From: an uncultured Gammaproteobacteria bacterium
GTDB taxonomy: Bacteria; Pseudomonadota; Gammaproteobacteria; DRLM01
Assembly (NCBI GenBank): GCA_963729605.1
Contig: CAVSNY010000007.1
Coordinates: 320,001 to 384,000 of the forward strand
Direction: 5' to 3'
Length of the DNA: 64,000 nucleotides
Below are positions 53,079-63,226 of this stretch, piece by piece. The notes under the pieces are model-generated. The model worked only from the letters and a program-made list of their open reading frames with translations, had not been told where the DNA came from and searched no databases. Every line of letters starts with the position of its first letter. The stretch's first letter is position 1. The position numbers were made by a program, and so were the translations under genes.

Positions 53079-55232
53079 TTAAAATTTTCCGTAATACCCT
53101 TCCTTCAAGGCATCGTAGAGATTGGCGGCGCTGTGAATCTCGCCGTCGTATTCGATCTCCTGATTGCCCTTGGCCTCGATCACCGTGCCGTCCTCCAAGG
53201 TGAATTTATACGTGGTGTTGGCGAGATCGCTTTCCTTCACCAGCACGCCTTGGAAGGCCTCGGGGTTGAAGCGGAAGGTGGTGCAGCCTTTCAGGCCTTG
53301 TTCATAGGCGTACAGATAAATATTCTTGAATTTCTCGTACGGATAATCGGTGGGCACGTTGGCGGTTTTCGAGATGGAGGAGTCCACCCATTTTTGCGCC
53401 GCGGCCTGGATGTCCACATGTTCTTTCGGATTGATGTCCTCGGCGGTGATGAAGTAGTCGGGGAGCAGTTCTTCTTCTTTCTCCGAAAACGGCACGGCCT
53501 TGGGATTGATCAATTCCCGGTAGGCGAGCAGTTCGAAGGAGAACACGTCGATCTTCTCTTTGCTCTTTTTGCCTTCGCGGATCACGTTGCGGAAATAGTG
53601 ATGGGCGAAGCTGGGCTCGATGCCGTTGCTGGCGTTGTTGGCCAGCGACAGCGAAATAGTACCGGTGGGCGCGATGGAGGTGTGGTGGGTGAAGCGCGCG
53701 CCGACCTCGGCGAGTTTTTCCACCAGCTCCGGCGCGACGCCGGCCACCCGCTGCATATACCGGCTGTATTTGGCGTGCAGCACTTTGCCTTTGATGGCGT
53801 CGCCGACCTGCCAGCCGTCGCGCGCCATTTCGGGCCGCTTGCGCAGCAGCTCTTCGTTGACGATGAAGTCTTCGTCCATGATCGGCGCCGGGCCCTTTTC
53901 CTGGGCGAGCTGCAAGGCGGTTTGCCAGCCTTCCACCGCCATTTCGCGGGTGACCCGCTCGGTGAATTCCACCGACTCGGACGAGCCGTATTTCATGCGC
54001 AGCATGGTGAGGGTGGAGCCCAGGCCGAGGTAGCCCATGCCGTGCCGGCGCTTGCGCAGGATTTCCTGGCGCTGCCCCGCGAGGGGCAGGCCGTTGATCT
54101 CCACCACGTTGTCCAGCATGCGGGTGAAGATCGCCACCACCTTGCGGTATTCCTCCCAATCGAAACGGGCGCGCTCGGTGAAGGGGTCGCGCACGAAGGT
54201 GGTGAGGTTGACCGAACCCAGCAGGCATGAGCCGTAGGGCGGCAGCGGCTGTTCGCCGCAGGGATTGGTGGCGCGGATGTTTTCGCAGAACCAGTTGTTG
54301 TTCATCTCATTGACCTTGTCGATGAGGATGAAGCCCGGCTCGGCGAAATCGTAGGTGGAGGACATGATGACGTCCCACAGCCGTTTGGCGCGGATGGTCT
54401 TGTAGACCTTGCAGGCCACCAGTCCGGCGGCGTCGCTGATATAGCCCTCTTGGATCGGCCACTCGCGCCACACCACCTTGGCGGGATCGTCGAGGTCGAG
54501 GCGGTCCGCCTCCGCCTCTTTGCGGCTGATGGGGAAGGCCAGTTTCCAGTCGCCGTCCTGCTTCACCGCTTCCATGAAATCCTCGGTGATGAGCAGCGAG
54601 AGATTGAACTGGCGCAGCCGGCCGTTTTCCCGTTTGGCGCGGACGAAATCCGCCACGTCCGGATGGCCGACGTCGAAGGTGCCCATCTGCGCGCCGCGGC
54701 GGCCGCCGGCGCTGGAGACGGTGAAACACATCTTGTCGTAGATATCCATGAACGACAGCGGACCGGACGTGTAGGCGCCGGCGCCGGACACGTAGGCGCC
54801 CTTGGGGCGCAGGGTGGAAAATTCGTAGCCGATGCCGCAGCCGGCCTTGAGGGTGAGACCCGCCTCGTGGACCTTTTGCAGGATGTCGTCCATGGAGTCG
54901 CGGATCGCGCCGGAGACGGTGCAATTGATGGTCGAGGTGGCGGGCTTGTAGGCCAGCGCGCCGGCGTTGGAGGTGATGCGGCCGGCGGGGATGGCGCCAT
55001 GGCGCAAGGCCCACAGAAATTCGTCGTAATGCTGCTCGCGTTTTTCGGGCGTGGCCTCCACGTCCGACAAGGCGCGCGCGACCCGCTGATAAGTGTCGTC
55101 CATGGTGTGATCGACCACGGTACCGTCTTTGGCCTTCAGGCGGTATTTTTTGTCCCAGATGTCCTGGGAGGCGGGTTGATACGGGATGTCAGAAACGTTG
55201 ACCGAAACGGCTTTCAAATGCGCGGTCTTCAT
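53079..55232 (-). CDS. nrdJa: adenosylcobalamin-dependent (class II) ribonucleotide reductase, large subunit
   Basis: INCTV, ATNPCGEQ, IAPTGTIS, SNGIEP, SISKT. Confidence 0.94.
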   Translation of the reverse strand: MKTAHLKAVSVNVSDIPYQPASQDIWDKKYRLKAKDGTVVDHTMDDTYQRVARALSDVEATPEKREQHYDEFLWALRHGAIPAGRITSNAGALAYKPATSTINCTVSGAIRDSMDDILQKVHEAGLTLKAGCGIGYEFSTLRPKGAYVSGAGAYTSGPLSFMDIYDKMCFTVSSAGGRRGAQMGTFDVGHPDVADFVRAKRENGRLRQFNLSLLITEDFMEAVKQDGDWKLAFPISRKEAEADRLDLDDPAKVVWREWPIQEGYISDAAGLVACKVYKTIRAKRLWDVIMSSTYDFAEPGFILIDKVNEMNNNWFCENIRATNPCGEQPLPPYGSCLLGSVNLTTFVRDPFTERARFDWEEYRKVVAIFTRMLDNVVEINGLPLAGQRQEILRKRRHGMGYLGLGSTLTMLRMKYGSSESVEFTERVTREMAVEGWQTALQLAQEKGPAPIMDEDFIVNEELLRKRPEMARDGWQVGDAIKGKVLHAKYSRYMQRVAGVAPELVEKLAEVGARFTHHTSIAPTGTISLSLANNASNGIEPSFAHHYFRNVIREGKKSKEKIDVFSFELLAYRELINPKAVPFSEKEEELLPDYFITAEDINPKEHVDIQAAAQKWVDSSISKTANVPTDYPYEKFKNIYLYAYEQGLKGCTTFRFNPEAFQGVLVKESDLANTTYKFTLEDGTVIEAKGNQEIEYDGEIHSAANLYDALKEGYYGKF

Positions 55233-55323
55233 AGGGTGCGTCCCCCTCCATAGCTACGAGCGTGATTGTCCTTCAAGGCCCACTAATTATAGGCTTTCCC
55301 CGAGTATCTGGGATCTGGACGAA

Positions 55324-55513
55324 ACACAAGATATGGGGGTGATGGCAAAGAGTAGGCTGAGTGGCGAAAGCTGTCAAATCATTTTAACGAAACGGCCATA
55401 ATATTTTTAAATATTAAAAAACAATATGTTGAGATTATCCTGGGCCGATGTGAATACGGACTGTTTCAATGGGCTTAAAGAATAAGCAAAATCGCGGCCA
55501 CAATATGTTGTGT
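55324..55513. promoter_or_regulatory. NrdR boxes upstream of nrdJ
   Basis: ACACAAGATATGGGGG (55324), AAACAATATGTTGAGA (55419), CCACAATATGTTGTGT (55498) resemble acaCwAtATaTwGtgt. Confidence 0.75.
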
Positions 55514-55698
55514 CACCCCACCTAGGGTCAATCCGGCATGGAAGGGCAGCGCCGGCTCGCCGGAGGCCGTGATTGCGGCGGTGTCCCGGACATTGAACCA
55601 CTCGATTGGGGAAGGCCTCTAACAGCCCGTAAAAATAGGCATATAACGGCCGGTTATCCCCATCGACAATGAACATTTGGAAAAAGGACGCGCGTTTG

Positions 55699-57075
55699 AT
55701 GAGCATCAAATCTGGTTTGCGATTTGTCTTTGTGACCCTGCTTGGCTTGGCTCTGAGCCAGCCCTTGTCGGCCGCCCTGCCGGCCAGTGATAGCCAGGGC
55801 CAACCCCTGCCCAGTTTGGCGCCGATGTTGGACCAGGTGTTGCCCGCGGTGGTGAACATCTCCACCCGCGGCCGGGTCCGGGTCGCCGACAATCCGCTGC
55901 TGCAAGACCCGTTTTTCCGCCGTTTCTTCGGCGTGCCGGACCGGCCCCGCGAACGGCCCACCCAAAGCCTGGGCTCCGGGGTGATCGTGGATGCCAAAAA
56001 CGGGTATGTGCTGACCAATAATCACGTCATCGACAAGGCCGACGAGATCACCGTCATTTTGAAAGACGGCCGCAGCGTCACCGCCACCTTGGTGGGCAAA
56101 GACCCGGAGGCCGACGTCGCGGTGATACAAATCCCCGCGGAAAATCTGGTGGCGGTGACGCTGACCGATTCGGACCGGGTGCGGGTCGGGGATTTCGTGG
56201 TGGCGATCGGCAATCCCTTCGGCTTGGGGCAGACCGTCACCTCGGGCATCGTCAGCGCCAAGGGGCGCAGCGGCTTGCGCATCGAGGGATATGAAGACTT
56301 CATTCAAACCGACGCCTCGATCAATCCCGGCAATTCCGGCGGCGCGCTGGTCAATCTGCGCGGCGAACTGGTGGGCGTGAACACCGCCATCCTGGCGCCG
56401 GGCGGCGGCAACATCGGCATCGGTTTCGCCATCCCCGCCAACATGGCGCGCAAGATCATGGACCAGCTGGTCACCCACGGCGAGGTGCGGCGCGGCCGGG
56501 TCGGTCTCTCGGTGCAGGACCTGACCCCCGATCTCGCCAAGGCCTTCGGCATCAAGGAGACCCGCGGCGCGGTGATCGCCAAGACCTTCAAGGATTCCCC
56601 CGCTGAAAAGGCCGGTTTAAAGACCGGCGACGTGGTGATCTCCATCAACGGCAAGCCGGTGAGTTCTTCGGCGGAGCTGCGCAATGTCTTCGGTTTATTG
56701 CAGATAGGTGAGGTCGCGGTGGTGGACGTGATCCGTGACGGCCGGCCGCGCACCTTCCGGGTCACCATCGCCGAACCGGTGCGGGCGTCGCTGGAAGGCA
56801 GGCGGGTCAGCCCCGTTTTGCAAGGCGCGACCTTCAGCGCCATCGAGGAAGGCAGCCCCGCTTACGGCCGCATCGAGGGCGTGCTGGTAACGAAGATCGA
56901 ATCGGATTCGCCGGCGTGGCGGGCGGGCTTGCGCAGGGACGACGTGATCGTGTCCGTCAACCGTCAGCCGGTGCCGCATTTGGAGGCCTTGCAACAGGCC
57001 GTTAAAACCGCTCAGCGCGGCCTGTTGATCAACCTGCGCCGCGGTGACGAGGCCTTGTTTATTTTGATTCAGTGA
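55699..57075 (+). CDS. degQ: HtrA/DegQ periplasmic serine protease
   Basis: signal peptide, TNNHV, GNSGGAL, two PDZ domains. Confidence 0.92.
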   Translation: MSIKSGLRFVFVTLLGLALSQPLSAALPASDSQGQPLPSLAPMLDQVLPAVVNISTRGRVRVADNPLLQDPFFRRFFGVPDRPRERPTQSLGSGVIVDAKNGYVLTNNHVIDKADEITVILKDGRSVTATLVGKDPEADVAVIQIPAENLVAVTLTDSDRVRVGDFVVAIGNPFGLGQTVTSGIVSAKGRSGLRIEGYEDFIQTDASINPGNSGGALVNLRGELVGVNTAILAPGGGNIGIGFAIPANMARKIMDQLVTHGEVRRGRVGLSVQDLTPDLAKAFGIKETRGAVIAKTFKDSPAEKAGLKTGDVVISINGKPVSSSAELRNVFGLLQIGEVAVVDVIRDGRPRTFRVTIAEPVRASLEGRRVSPVLQGATFSAIEEGSPAYGRIEGVLVTKIESDSPAWRAGLRRDDVIVSVNRQPVPHLEALQQAVKTAQRGLLINLRRGDEALFILIQ

Positions 57076-57122
57076 ACAGCGGCGCGGTGTCGGTTGCGCC
57101 GGGTATCCCGTCACGCGCACAA

Positions 57123-57148
57123 GCGGGCCGCAACGCCCGCTTTTTTTT
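57123..57148 (+). terminator. rho-independent terminator of degQ
   Basis: GCGGGC-CGCAAC-GCCCGC followed by T8. Confidence 0.8.
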
Positions 57149-57241
57149 GCGTGTGGATAAGGGCGGTGTCATCGCCGACGGATTTGCCGCTACGCGACGG
57201 CGTGCCCTGCGCCAATGTGCGATGAATGCGAACACGCCGCT

Positions 57242-57907
57242 TCACGGCGTAACGGCTGCGTCGGCAGCCATGGTGATTCGCGTGTGGTCGGGCATCGTGG
57301 TTTGATGAACGCTCGGCAATGGTATGGATTTATTTGTCAGCTCGGCATCGACGGCTTCGTCCGATACGAAATCCGGCGCGGCTGAAGCGGTCGTCTCCGG
57401 CAAGGTGGTACGGGCCGCTTCCCAGGCCATGGTGGTGCTTGGGGTTTCATCCTCGGCACGCGCGCGTGAGCCCATCAGTTGCACCAATACCAAGGCCGCT
57501 TGCTCCGCCACCGCCGGTTCATAATCCGCGGTCATTGCTTCCAGGCGGGCGTTGAATCGATCCTGGCTGGAAAAAAACTCCGGTCGTTGCGCGATCCGAT
57601 CCAACGCGCCGCCGCGCTCTTGCGGATCGGCGCTGAACAGCGCGATATACACGGCGTCGGGATCGAAATCCACTTCCGCGGCCGGCGGTATCGACGGCGT
57701 CGCATCCGGTGCGGGCGTGATGGCCGGCGATGGACTTATGACAATCCGTGCGTCGCCATGCTCGTCCGGCGCTCGTTGCGCCGGGTGAAGTCCGCCGTCG
57801 AGGTCGCGCGCCGTGACGGCGGGGCCGGTGTGATTCCACGGCTGAATTATCGCGATGAGCAATAAAAATCCGGCGCCCGTTACCCAAGCCAGTGGTCGAT
57901 AGTTCAC
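57242..57907 (-). CDS. hypothetical membrane-anchored protein (HEAT-like segment, possibly truncated)
   Basis: N-terminal TM, Pro-rich linker, SADPQERGGAL..AVAEQAALVL; AGGAG RBS. Confidence 0.5.
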   Translation of the reverse strand: MNYRPLAWVTGAGFLLLIAIIQPWNHTGPAVTARDLDGGLHPAQRAPDEHGDARIVISPSPAITPAPDATPSIPPAAEVDFDPDAVYIALFSADPQERGGALDRIAQRPEFFSSQDRFNARLEAMTADYEPAVAEQAALVLVQLMGSRARAEDETPSTTMAWEAARTTLPETTASAAPDFVSDEAVDAELTNKSIPLPSVHQTTMPDHTRITMAADAAVTP

Positions 57908-57979
57908 ATCGGGACTCCTTTTAACTCAAGGCACGATGGCCCCGTTTCACGAAGTAACCCTCGGTCCGGTTGATCAATA

Positions 57980-58004
57980 GCCCTCTCCCGTCACGGGAGA
58001 GGGC
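57980..58004. repeat. CCCTCTCCC/GGGAGAGGG hairpin (REP-like or terminator)
   Basis: GCCCTCTCCCG-TCA-CGGGAGAGGGC. Confidence 0.6.
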
Positions 58005-58144
58005 GAATTACCCAAGTTTGTATCATGACCCTGTGTCTTGTGTTTCATCGGTGACATGAAAGCGCGTCCATCGTATCGAATCACCGATCTAAAAACCCAG
58101 CGGCACTCCTAATAGTGGCGCTGCGCGTCGCGAAACGCGGCTGG

Positions 58145-58591
58145 CTACTTACGGAAAAGCTCGGTGCGCATGTAGTCATAACGAGTGTCGCCCGCGGCGA
58201 ATTTGGTGCGGGTCTCCACCTCCAGAAAATTTCCTCCATCATATTCATAGGCGCGCTTCGCCGTCACCGCCATGGTCGAAAAACCAAAGTTATATTGTCC
58301 GCTAAGCCCGTAGGCAACTGAAGAAGACACCGCCTTGCTGAACGGTGACGCAACGACCGCGCCATGGTCGCAAGGCGTCGGGCTGCACGCGCCGTAGGTG
58401 TGAATCTTGAAACCGCTGGCGTCGTTGGTGATGGCGATCTTTACGATGCCGCCGGTGGTGGGATTGACGTTGGTCCAGGTCCCGGTCAGATTGGTGACGC
58501 CGGTGGGCGGCTGGGCCAATGACGGCTGTGCGGCCAACCCCAGCAAGCCAAGTCCGATGACGCCGAATATGCTGTACTTGATGCTCTTCAT
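58145..58591 (-). CDS. secreted beta-rich hypothetical protein
   Basis: signal peptide, GTWTNV...GACSPTPCDHG; GAGGAG RBS. Confidence 0.8.
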   Translation of the reverse strand: MKSIKYSIFGVIGLGLLGLAAQPSLAQPPTGVTNLTGTWTNVNPTTGGIVKIAITNDASGFKIHTYGACSPTPCDHGAVVASPFSKAVSSSVAYGLSGQYNFGFSTMAVTAKRAYEYDGGNFLEVETRTKFAAGDTRYDYMRTELFRK

Positions 58592-59424
58592 GACACTGTC
58601 TCCTCGTTTATGAAGGTGAATACCGGTTGCCGCGTCGCATGGCGGCCCGACAACGGCGCGGTGTGGACATAAACTAACGGTCGGTGAACGGGGAGACAGT
58701 GAAATTGGATGATGCGCGAATGTGAAATAATGCCGTGACAGCGGGCAGGCGAATATGGATCAACGAAGCTCGGCGGTTATTTTTCCTCGCGATCGATGCG
58801 GCTCATTGCATTTACCGCATCCCGCCGGGGCTTTATCCGCTGATTAACGCGTTTCCCTCTTCATGCGAACGCCTCCATTTTCAATTAGTGCGGCGATTCT
58901 GATGCCACGACCGAATGTATTTGTCTATCTCTTCGAGTGTTCGAGCGGCATTCGTTTTTTTTCAAACTTTCCACTGAACCATAGGAATTGCTATCGATGC
59001 CCGAAGAGCGGTGCCGATATGACATATGTCCAATGCTCGTTTTCATGTTTTTTTAGCCGCATTGTGATCCGATCTGTATCGGGTACCCTGGCCGGGATCG
59101 TTCTTTACCCGATGCGGCCTGTAAGCCAAAAGGTGCCGAGCTTGTGGTCTCTATGGATGGGATGGCGGATCGGGAGTAAATGCGCGGTGAATGGCTCGAC
59201 GAATACGGGTGGCTTTTCCGAAGGGAGACGTTTATTCTTCCCATGCCCGGGTCGAGGCCCGGGTTGTTCTATGCTCTCCCAGTGCGTCGCCAATAATTGA
59301 TGATTTAATCCCTGGTCAAAGAGCGGCGCTCGGTAGTGGTTTGATCGCGGCCGCCATTGCCGATGCCGCTGGCGGCCGTTTATAATCCCAGTCGCTTTAT
59401 TCACTCTGAAACAGAAGTTGAAAT

Positions 59425-59949
59425 ATGGAAAAGAAATATCAAAACAACACGGTCAAGCTATTGGCGAGTATCGTATTCGCCAGCCGCTGGCTGCAAGCCC
59501 CCCTCTATTTGGGCTTGATCATCGCGCAAGGGGTGTACGTCTACCTCTTCGTGAAAGAATTAATACACTTGGTGCAACACGCGCACACCTTCGGCGAAGT
59601 CGAGATTATGCTGGTGGTGCTGGGGCTGATCGACGTCGTCATGATCGCGAATCTGTTATTGATGGTGATCGTAGGCGGCTACGAAACCTTCGTGTCGCGT
59701 CTGTATCTGGAGAATCACGCCGATCAGCCCGAGTGGCTGGCGCATGTCAATGCCGGCACCATGAAGGTTAAACTCTCCATGGCCTTGATCGGTATTTCAT
59801 CCGTTCACCTTTTGAAAACTTTTATTGAAGCGCCGAACCTGACCCAGCAGACCATGATGTGGCAGGTGATCATTCATATGGCCTTCGTGCTGTCGGCGAT
59901 GGCGATGGCGTACACCAATCGCTTGATGGAACCCGCTAAGAGTCACTAA
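59425..59949 (+). CDS. TIGR00645/YqhA (UPF0114) family membrane protein
   Basis: FASRWLQAPLY, GGYETFVSRL, IGISSVHLL. Confidence 0.9.
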   Translation: MEKKYQNNTVKLLASIVFASRWLQAPLYLGLIIAQGVYVYLFVKELIHLVQHAHTFGEVEIMLVVLGLIDVVMIANLLLMVIVGGYETFVSRLYLENHADQPEWLAHVNAGTMKVKLSMALIGISSVHLLKTFIEAPNLTQQTMMWQVIIHMAFVLSAMAMAYTNRLMEPAKSH

Positions 59950-60001
59950 AACTTCGGCAGCCTGTCTAAACGGGGATAGCCGCGATCGGTATCCCCCGCT
60001 A

Positions 60002-60676
60002 TCAGGCTCGCGCCATCTCGCTGGCCGTTTCTCTCTCCAATAGCTTCACCTCGCCCCGTCCCTCCAGCCATTCCAGCAGTGGCCGCCACTGTTCCACGTC
60101 GTGCGCGGCCTGGCCGCCGGGCAATTCAAAAATTCCCAGGCCCTGTTGTACGGCGCGGATGTAGTTCTGGGTTTCACGGAAGGTGGCGACGAAGGGAATC
60201 TCGAGGCTTTTGAGAAAGCGTTCGAGGTCCTGGTAAATGAGATTTTGTTCGCGCACGCGGTTGGCCACCACGGCCAGTCGGCCTTCGTGACGCAAGGCGT
60301 GACAGGTGAGCAGCAGTTCGCGGATGAAGTGGGTGGCGGCGCGGATGTCGATGGGCGAGGGCAGCACCGGCACGACCACGGCCTCGGCGTGGCGCACCAG
60401 ATGACTCAGCTCGCGGCCCGCCACCCGCGCGGGGGCGTCGATGAGAAAATAGTCGGGGCGCTGGGTGGCGCGCACCGGTTCGCGCCAGGCCTTGACGCCT
60501 TCGATGGGTGGCCGGTCGGCGGGACGCGCCGCCAGCCAGTCGATGCTGCTGCCTTGCGGGTCGAAGTCGGCGATCAGCACCGACTTGCCCCGCGAGGCGT
60601 AATAACCCGCCAGATTGGTGGTGAGGGTGGTTTTGCCGCAGCCGCCTTTGGCGTTGAGCAGCACGATGGACCGCAT
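60002..60676 (-). CDS. orphan ParA family ATPase
   Basis: KGGCGKTT, DFDPQGS. Confidence 0.88.
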   Translation of the reverse strand: MRSIVLLNAKGGCGKTTLTTNLAGYYASRGKSVLIADFDPQGSSIDWLAARPADRPPIEGVKAWREPVRATQRPDYFLIDAPARVAGRELSHLVRHAEAVVVPVLPSPIDIRAATHFIRELLLTCHALRHEGRLAVVANRVREQNLIYQDLERFLKSLEIPFVATFRETQNYIRAVQQGLGIFELPGGQAAHDVEQWRPLLEWLEGRGEVKLLERETASEMARA

Positions 60677-60800
60677 GGAAACTCCTTCAACGTATGGATG
60701 CGGGGATTATATTCTTCGGCCGGGAAATTATCCCCTTCCCGGTCGCGCCATCACGCGGAACGAGGGCGAGCGGGGGCGAATGCGCGCAACGGCTGGCCCC

Positions 60801-62267
60801 TCAATTCAGTCCCAACTCATCCCACATGGCATCGACGCGCCGTTTGACGTCGTCGCTCATCTGGATCGGCCGACCCCATTCGCGCGTGGTTTCGCCGGGC
60901 CATTTATTCGTAGCGTCGAAGCCAACCTTGCCGCCGAGGCCCGACACCGGCGAGGCGAAGTCGAGATAGTCGATGGGCGTGTTCTCCACGATCAGCGTGT
61001 CGCGCGCCGGGTCCATGCGGGTGGTCATGGCCCAGATCACATCCTTCCAGTCGCGCACGTTGACGTCGTCGTCGGTGACGATCACGAACTTGGTGTACAT
61101 GAACTGCCGCAAAAAACTCCACACGCCGAACATCACCCGCTTGGCGTGGCCGGGATATTGTTTCTTCATGCTCACGCAGGCCATGCGATACGAACAGCCC
61201 TCGGGCGGCAGATAGAAATCGGTGATCTCGGGAAACTGCTTTTGCAAAATCGGCACGAACACCTCGTTGAGCGCGACGCCGAGCACCGCCGGTTCGTCGG
61301 GCGGCCGGCCGGTGTAGGTGCTGTGATAGATGGGCTTGTCGCGATGGGTGATGCGCTCGACCGTGAACACCGGAAAGGTCTCGACCTCGTTGTAATAACC
61401 GGTGTGATCGCCGAACGGACCTTCCGGCGCGGTCTCGCCCGGATAAATGAAACCTTCGAGCACGATCTCGGCGCTGGCCGGCACTTGCAGGTCGTGGCTT
61501 TTACATTTGACCAATTCGGTTTTTGAGCCGCGCAACAAACCGGCGAAGGCATATTCCGACAAGGAATCCGGCACCGGCGTCACCGCCGCGAGGATGGTCG
61601 CGGGATCGGCGCCGAGCGCGACCGCCACCGGAAAGGGCTGCCCCGGATGCGCCGCGCACCAGTCGCGAAAATCCAGCGCGCCGCCGCGATGGGCCAGCCA
61701 GCGCATGATGAGTTTGTTGCGGCCGATCACCTGCTGGCGGTAGATGCCCATGTTCTGCCGGTCTTTGTGCGGCCCCTTGGTGACCACCAGCGCCCACGTG
61801 ATGAGCGGACCGGCGTCCTCGGGCCAGCAGGTTTGAATCGGAATTTTCGCGAGATCGACGTCGTCCTTCTCGATCACGTTCTCCTGACACGCCGCGCGGC
61901 CCACCACCTTGGGCGCCATATTGAGCACCTGCTTCAACACCGGCCACTTCTCGATGGCGTCGCGAAAACCCTTGGGCGGTTCCGGCTCCTTCAGATAGGC
62001 GAGCAGCTTGCCGACATCGCGCAAGGCCGACACCGAATCCTGTCCCATGCCCAGCGCCACGCGGCGCGGCGTGCCGAACAGATTGCCGAGCACCGGCATG
62101 CGGTGACCGGTGGCTTTTTCAAACAAAAGCGCCGGACCTTCGCGCCGCAAGGTGCGGTCGCAAATTTCCGTCATTTCCAGCGCGGGATTCACCTCGACGG
62201 AAACACGTTTGAGTTCGCCGAGGCGTTCGAGTTGTTGAATGAAGTCGCGGAGGTCGTGGTATTTCAT
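60801..62267 (-). CDS. ubiD: 4-hydroxy-3-polyprenylbenzoate decarboxylase
   Basis: [30 protein letters not shown]. Confidence 0.96.
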   Translation of the reverse strand: MKYHDLRDFIQQLERLGELKRVSVEVNPALEMTEICDRTLRREGPALLFEKATGHRMPVLGNLFGTPRRVALGMGQDSVSALRDVGKLLAYLKEPEPPKGFRDAIEKWPVLKQVLNMAPKVVGRAACQENVIEKDDVDLAKIPIQTCWPEDAGPLITWALVVTKGPHKDRQNMGIYRQQVIGRNKLIMRWLAHRGGALDFRDWCAAHPGQPFPVAVALGADPATILAAVTPVPDSLSEYAFAGLLRGSKTELVKCKSHDLQVPASAEIVLEGFIYPGETAPEGPFGDHTGYYNEVETFPVFTVERITHRDKPIYHSTYTGRPPDEPAVLGVALNEVFVPILQKQFPEITDFYLPPEGCSYRMACVSMKKQYPGHAKRVMFGVWSFLRQFMYTKFVIVTDDDVNVRDWKDVIWAMTTRMDPARDTLIVENTPIDYLDFASPVSGLGGKVGFDATNKWPGETTREWGRPIQMSDDVKRRVDAMWDELGLN

Positions 62268-62301
62268 GGCGGCAATGATAGCAGGGCGGCGGTTAGCAAG
62301 C

Positions 62302-62391
62302 GTAGTCCGAGTTGAGCGGGAGCGAACCCCGGGATTCGCGGCATCCTCACCCCAACCCCGTGTTTCGCAAACGGCGCTCAATCCAGGCTGC
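62302..62391. repeat. GTAG-family REP pair (REPIN-like)
   Basis: GTAGTCCGAGTTGAGCG ... CGCTCAATCCAGGCTGC imperfect inverted repeat. Confidence 0.7.
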
Positions 62392-62393
62392 TT

Positions 62394-62462
62394 GCTGTAA
62401 TGCTTGACCCGGATTTTCTCCCGCACCTGATCCAACAGCTTTGGCTTGACAGCGTTCTGCAT
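62394..62462 (-). pseudogene. intI: integron integrase N-terminal remnant (23 codons)
   Basis: [23 protein letters not shown] is the characteristic IntI N-terminus; divergent from attI and cassettes. Confidence 0.8.
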
Positions 62463-62547
62463 GGAAGTGCACCCTCTTCAAAAAGAGTTGGGGCAATCCG
62501 CGCCCCGGCTCGTTTGACAGGTAATGACTTACAAAAAACGAAAGGAT

Positions 62548-62606
62548 TAGACGCCAAATATGGCGCAATTTAAAGTACCAGATTGGGTGTCTACTTTGAG
62601 TTCGGC
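62548..62606 (+). other. attI site
   Basis: AGACGCCAAATATGGCGC...TTGGGTGTCTACTTTGA-GTTCGGC between the intI start and the first cassette ORF. Confidence 0.7.
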
Positions 62607-62621
62607 CTTTAGGAGAAAACA

Positions 62622-63107
62622 ATGGATGAGCGTTGGATAACTTTACTTGAATACTGGCAAAATCATGAATTCGGCCATTCATTAACATTCCCTTTTATTA
62701 TAGGGGCGCTCCGACACCCAGTTGGTTCAAAGAACATTTCTGATATGTCGGCTCACGATGAGCTTAGAAAGCTAATTGACGCTATGAGATCTCATGTTGC
62801 TGATGGATATTACTACAACATTTATAGGTGTCCTGAACTTGGGCAGCTTGTTGTAAGAAAGGTCGTTAACTCAAGCCCGCCACATACTGCCATTGCCATA
62901 AAGCCAAAAGATTCTTCTGCAAATCCATCTCTCTTTGTATCTGATGGTTTGGAAAAAGGGTGCGCTTCTCCTTTTGATTCAATAGTAGAGCTTATTTGGA
63001 ATGAAGTAGGCTCTGCTATTGAAAATGGAAATTTTTCGTGTCACGGGAAAACATTCGGCGAGTTTAGCGAATATGACCTAAGGTTTATCAATAAGGGACT
63101 GGCCTAA
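62622..63107 (+). CDS. integron cassette 1, hypothetical protein
   Basis: AT-rich 161-aa ORF, AGGAG RBS, stop codon inside the attC R'' box. Confidence 0.8.
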   Translation: MDERWITLLEYWQNHEFGHSLTFPFIIGALRHPVGSKNISDMSAHDELRKLIDAMRSHVADGYYYNIYRCPELGQLVVRKVVNSSPPHTAIAIKPKDSSANPSLFVSDGLEKGCASPFDSIVELIWNEVGSAIENGNFSCHGKTFGEFSEYDLRFINKGLA

Positions 63108-63193
63108 AACGGCACTCGTTCGGACGCAAACTACGCTGCGCTGCGCTGCGCTGCGCTGCGCTTCGTTTGCGCCGCGCAGCTTGGTCTTTAGAG
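63102..63193 (+). other. attC site (non-canonical core, microsatellite loop)
   Basis: GCCTAAA-ACGGCACTCGTTCGGACGCAAAC...GTTTGCGCCGCGCAGCTTGGTC-TTTAGAG imperfect palindrome. Confidence 0.75.
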
Positions 63194-63226
63194 CGTACGA
63201 GCCTCAATTGACAGGAGAGGAAACCG

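Noticed and set aside
55233-55690. Cobalamin riboswitch upstream of nrdJ
   Set aside because: No recognisable B12-box or conserved core; the region is explained by NrdR boxes and promoters.
60801-62462. 553-aa ORF as a genuine long UbiD
   Set aside because: UbiD homology starts at MKYHDLRDF (62267); the extension is an intI stub plus REP sequence.
62463-62547. LexA box or Pc promoter in the intI-attI interval
   Set aside because: No CTGT-N8-ACAG is present; TTGACA occurs but without a convincing -10 at 16-18 bp.
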